The notes under the pieces: generated by a model
The model's database searches: none
What the model was told of the DNA's origin: nothing
The model's input: the letters and a program-made list of their open reading frames with translations, nothing else
Translations under genes and position numbers: made by a program
Virus record (IMG/VR): IMGVR_UViG_3300025735_000009
Coordinates: 13,615-77,614 of that record
Direction: 5' to 3' (one strand)
DNA: 64,000 bases
Source: a virus
Lineage: Duplodnaviria; Caudoviricetes
In this document: piece after piece, positions 62,067-64,000 of the stretch
How positions within the stretch are numbered: the stretch's first letter is position 1
Layout: each line of letters begins with the position of its first letter

Positions 62067-64000
62067 TTACAGCACCCTGGCAAAGCCTCCCATGCCGATC
62101 CCCCCTGTAGCCGCGTGGGCGATCGCTCTGTCTCCCAGGTTCTGGGTGAGCGGCACGGTCATCTGCGGCGCTGGCGCTGCGGGTGCCTTGCTGGGCTGCG
62201 CCAACGGCTTGGCCACCTGCGGTGTGGCGGCAATGCGCTGTTGCGAGGCATCCGGCGCCGGGGCGCTGTAACTTGGCACTTTCAACGGCGCCGGGGCGGC
62301 CGGCGCCGCGATGGCCATCATAGCTGGCGCCTGGGCCGACACACTGCCCGGGTTAGCGGGGGGCGACACCGGTACCGCCGCGGCAGGCGGAATCGGCATC
62401 ACGCCCACGGCAGGTGCACCTATCGCGCTGGCGGCGATCGGCGCCAGCGGGGTCACTTGCACACCAGCACTTCCAGGTCGTGCCGAATCCGCCGCCACTG
62501 GGTTGCCCTGCGCTGCAGCTGGTGCTGGCGCTGCCTGCGGGACAGCCGCCGCATCCACCGGGCTGGCCGGTTTCGGTACCAACGGCGTCACGCCCGCCGG
62601 CGCGGCAGTATCTGGCCCCGCCTTGGACCGTGCCAGCACCCCAACCGGAGCCGGCGCGGCCTGCGGAATGGGTAGAACGCCCACCGGGTGGGTCGTCTTC
62701 GCCACCAGCGGCGTCACGCCTGGCGCTGCAGTACCTGGCTGGGCGGTCGGCATGGCCAGCACGCCCACTGGGGCTGCTGCGCCTGGCTTGCTGGCGCCCT
62801 GCAGCAGCGGCGATATGCCAGTGGTGGCTGGCTGCCCCTTCACGGTGGCCACCGTGTGCTTGATGGCCTCCATGGCTGGCGCAGGCGCCGCTACACGCAC
62901 CTCATTGGCCTGGCGTGTGGGGGTTAGATCGCCCGCCTTGGCCTGCACCAGGTACTGCTCATACTTGGCCTCGACGTCGGCCAGGCCGTTGGTACCGCCG
63001 TTGGTCTTGACCCGCGCGCCGCGGATATCGCCACGGGCAGCTGCGGCATTGGCGCCCGAATCCTTCCAGTGCTGCACAGCGATCTGGGCGGAGTACTTCG
63101 GATCGCTGGCCAGCTCTGGGTTATTCACCAGGTCAATGCCAAGTTTCTGGCCCATGGCTTCGTACTGGGCCTTGCCGGTCAGCTGGATATCGCCACGCCC
63201 GCGGTATTTGAACCCGTCGCCCGCCTCTGTGTTGCCCATGCGCCCGCCGTACACCCGGTTGGCGATCGCCTCGGGGTTGTTGGCGTCTGCTCGGGCGCTC
63301 GCGGCGTCCTTGTAGTACTTGGGGAACACCTCCTGCAGGCGCTTGGCGCTGTAGTTGAGATTTTCCTCACTGGACTTGAAGCCCCCCGACTCATGGTCGA
63401 CGTTGGCCATCAGCGCCGCCTTGGACTGCGCATCAGTAATGCCGCCCTCATCCATGGCCTTGATCAACTCGGCCTTGCGCGCATTGGAGCCGCCGGTATA
63501 GCGCCCGCCGGTGACCTTGTTTAACGCGTTCTGGCCATAGTCCCGGACCGAGGCCGCCTTGTCGCTGACATAGTCCTTGCCGCTTTGGATCTTGTCCTTG
63601 ACGGTGTCACGGGCATTCAGGAACGCATCGCTAGCCTTCTTCCAGGTTTCCTTAGCCCAGTCGGCCATCCCGGTGAAGACTTGGGCGCCTTTGGATACCA
63701 GGGCAGTCCAGCCGCTTTCTACCGCCTCAAACGCATCAGCTGCCAGCTTGGCCACGCCATCGGTGACCGTGCCCCATGCGCCACTGATGCCGGCCAGCAT
63801 GCCGTCGATATCAATGGAGCTCAGCCACTCGCCTACCGCGGTACCCAGGCGATCACCCAGCATGCCACCCAGCACGGCACCAGCTGGGCCGCCGAACATG
63901 CCAAGCGCGCTACCCATCACGCCACCGACAACGCCGCCCATGGTGCCCCAGCGGTCCGCTTTGTTGGCCTGGCGCTCTTCTGCAGTGGCATTGGGCTCAT
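62067..64000 (-). CDS. Tape measure protein (P1 Sit-like) with a GH19 lysozyme/chitinase domain; 5' end outside window
   Basis: Frame open to the window edge; A.MA...HESGGF...EENLNYS...DG.KYRGRG.IQLTG...Y GH19 signature; Gly-rich GG..G..LG repeats; Pro/Ala-rich tail. Confidence 0.85.
   Translation of the reverse strand, partial: EPNATAEERQANKADRWGTMGGVVGGVMGSALGMFGGPAGAVLGGMLGDRLGTAVGEWLSSIDIDGMLAGISGAWGTVTDGVAKLAADAFEAVESGWTALVSKGAQVFTGMADWAKETWKKASDAFLNARDTVKDKIQSGKDYVSDKAASVRDYGQNALNKVTGGRYTGGSNARKAELIKAMDEGGITDAQSKAALMANVDHESGGFKSSEENLNYSAKRLQEVFPKYYKDAASARADANNPEAIANRVYGGRMGNTEAGDGFKYRGRGDIQLTGKAQYEAMGQKLGIDLVNNPELASDPKYSAQIAVQHWKDSGANAAAARGDIRGARVKTNGGTNGLADVEAKYEQYLVQAKAGDLTPTRQANEVRVAAPAPAMEAIKHTVATVKGQPATTGISPLLQGASKPGAAAPVGVLAMPTAQPGTAAPGVTPLVAKTTHPVGVLPIPQAAPAPVGVLARSKAGPDTAAPAGVTPLVPKPASPVDAAAVPQAAPAPAAAQGNPVAADSARPGSAGVQVTPLAPIAASAIGAPAVGVMPIPPAAAVPVSPPANPGSVSAQAPAMMAIAAPAAPAPLKVPSYSAPAPDASQQRIAATPQVAKPLAQPSKAPAAPAPQMTVPLTQNLGDRAIAHAATGGIGMGGFARVL

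Larger units (their letters stand above)
1..64000. mobile_element. Interior of a P1-like myophage / phage-plasmid (prophage or episome)
   Basis: Continuous phage gene content. P1-like synteny: capsid-sheath-gp21-pmgG-bplB, sit-pmgA-bplA-16-fibre, 24-6-5, plus darA/hdf, ref, ssb, rdgC. parA + RHH partition pair. No host genes seen. Confidence 0.9.

Noticed and set aside
4234-63315. Long plus-strand ORFs (e.g. 4234..5841, 32302..34152, 35056..37260, 40867..43131, 44985..46397, 46467..48386, 55669..57156)
   Set aside because: They are antisense shadows of well-formed minus-strand genes in high-GC DNA, with no recognisable motifs or RBS.
1-64000. CRISPR array, tRNA/rRNA genes, reverse transcriptase (DGR/retron), IS transposase
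   Set aside because: No regularly spaced repeat-spacer array, no cloverleaf with T-loop GTTCRA in intergenic DNA, and no YxDD RT or DDE motif seen by eye. A tRNAscan-SE/CRISPR finder run would confirm.

Overview
The whole 64 kb window lies inside a P1-like (Punavirus-type) myophage or phage-plasmid, most likely of Pseudomonas (high GC; Pseudomonas-type SSB and RdgC). No host housekeeping gene or element boundary is visible. Left to right: (1) 1-20.3 kb, a leftward early/accessory array of about 40 small, often overlapping genes (DUF1064-like and PD-(D/E)XK nucleases, Ead/Ea22-like mosaics, DUF2591-like x2, ASCH/PUA-like x2, RHH regulators, Ref nuclease, HTH replication initiator with internal iterons). 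(2) 20.3-25.9 kb, the control region: putative antisense RNA/attenuator, CI-like repressor, ssb, rdgC and an arm-binding tyrosine integrase. (3) 25.9-28.2 kb, a lysis cassette with no recognisable spanin pair. (4) 28.2-37.2 kb, a P1-like tail, sheath and major capsid module. (5) 37.3-52.1 kb, a DarA/Hdf/large-polyvalent-protein module (likely capsid-packaged anti-restriction cargo), interrupted by solo genes and a type Ib parA-RHH partition operon. (6) 52.2-64 kb, baseplate, multi-knob tail fibre and a Sit-like tape measure with a GH19 domain (runs off the window). The strongest signals not in the ORF track are four families of dispersed cis-motifs: a late-promoter signature CGCAAACC-N28-nAnnnT at nine sites ahead of late genes, a palindromic CGCGCGTTCGCGC array at nine loci, an AATCAGCCAGATA box at or near transcript starts, and a GTACGCGGATA operator. 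Two protein-level signals run through the head/cargo proteins: a shared N-terminal tandem repeat and a recurrent (M/L)(M/L)D(S/A) motif. All family assignments come from motif recognition and synteny only; no database search was run.
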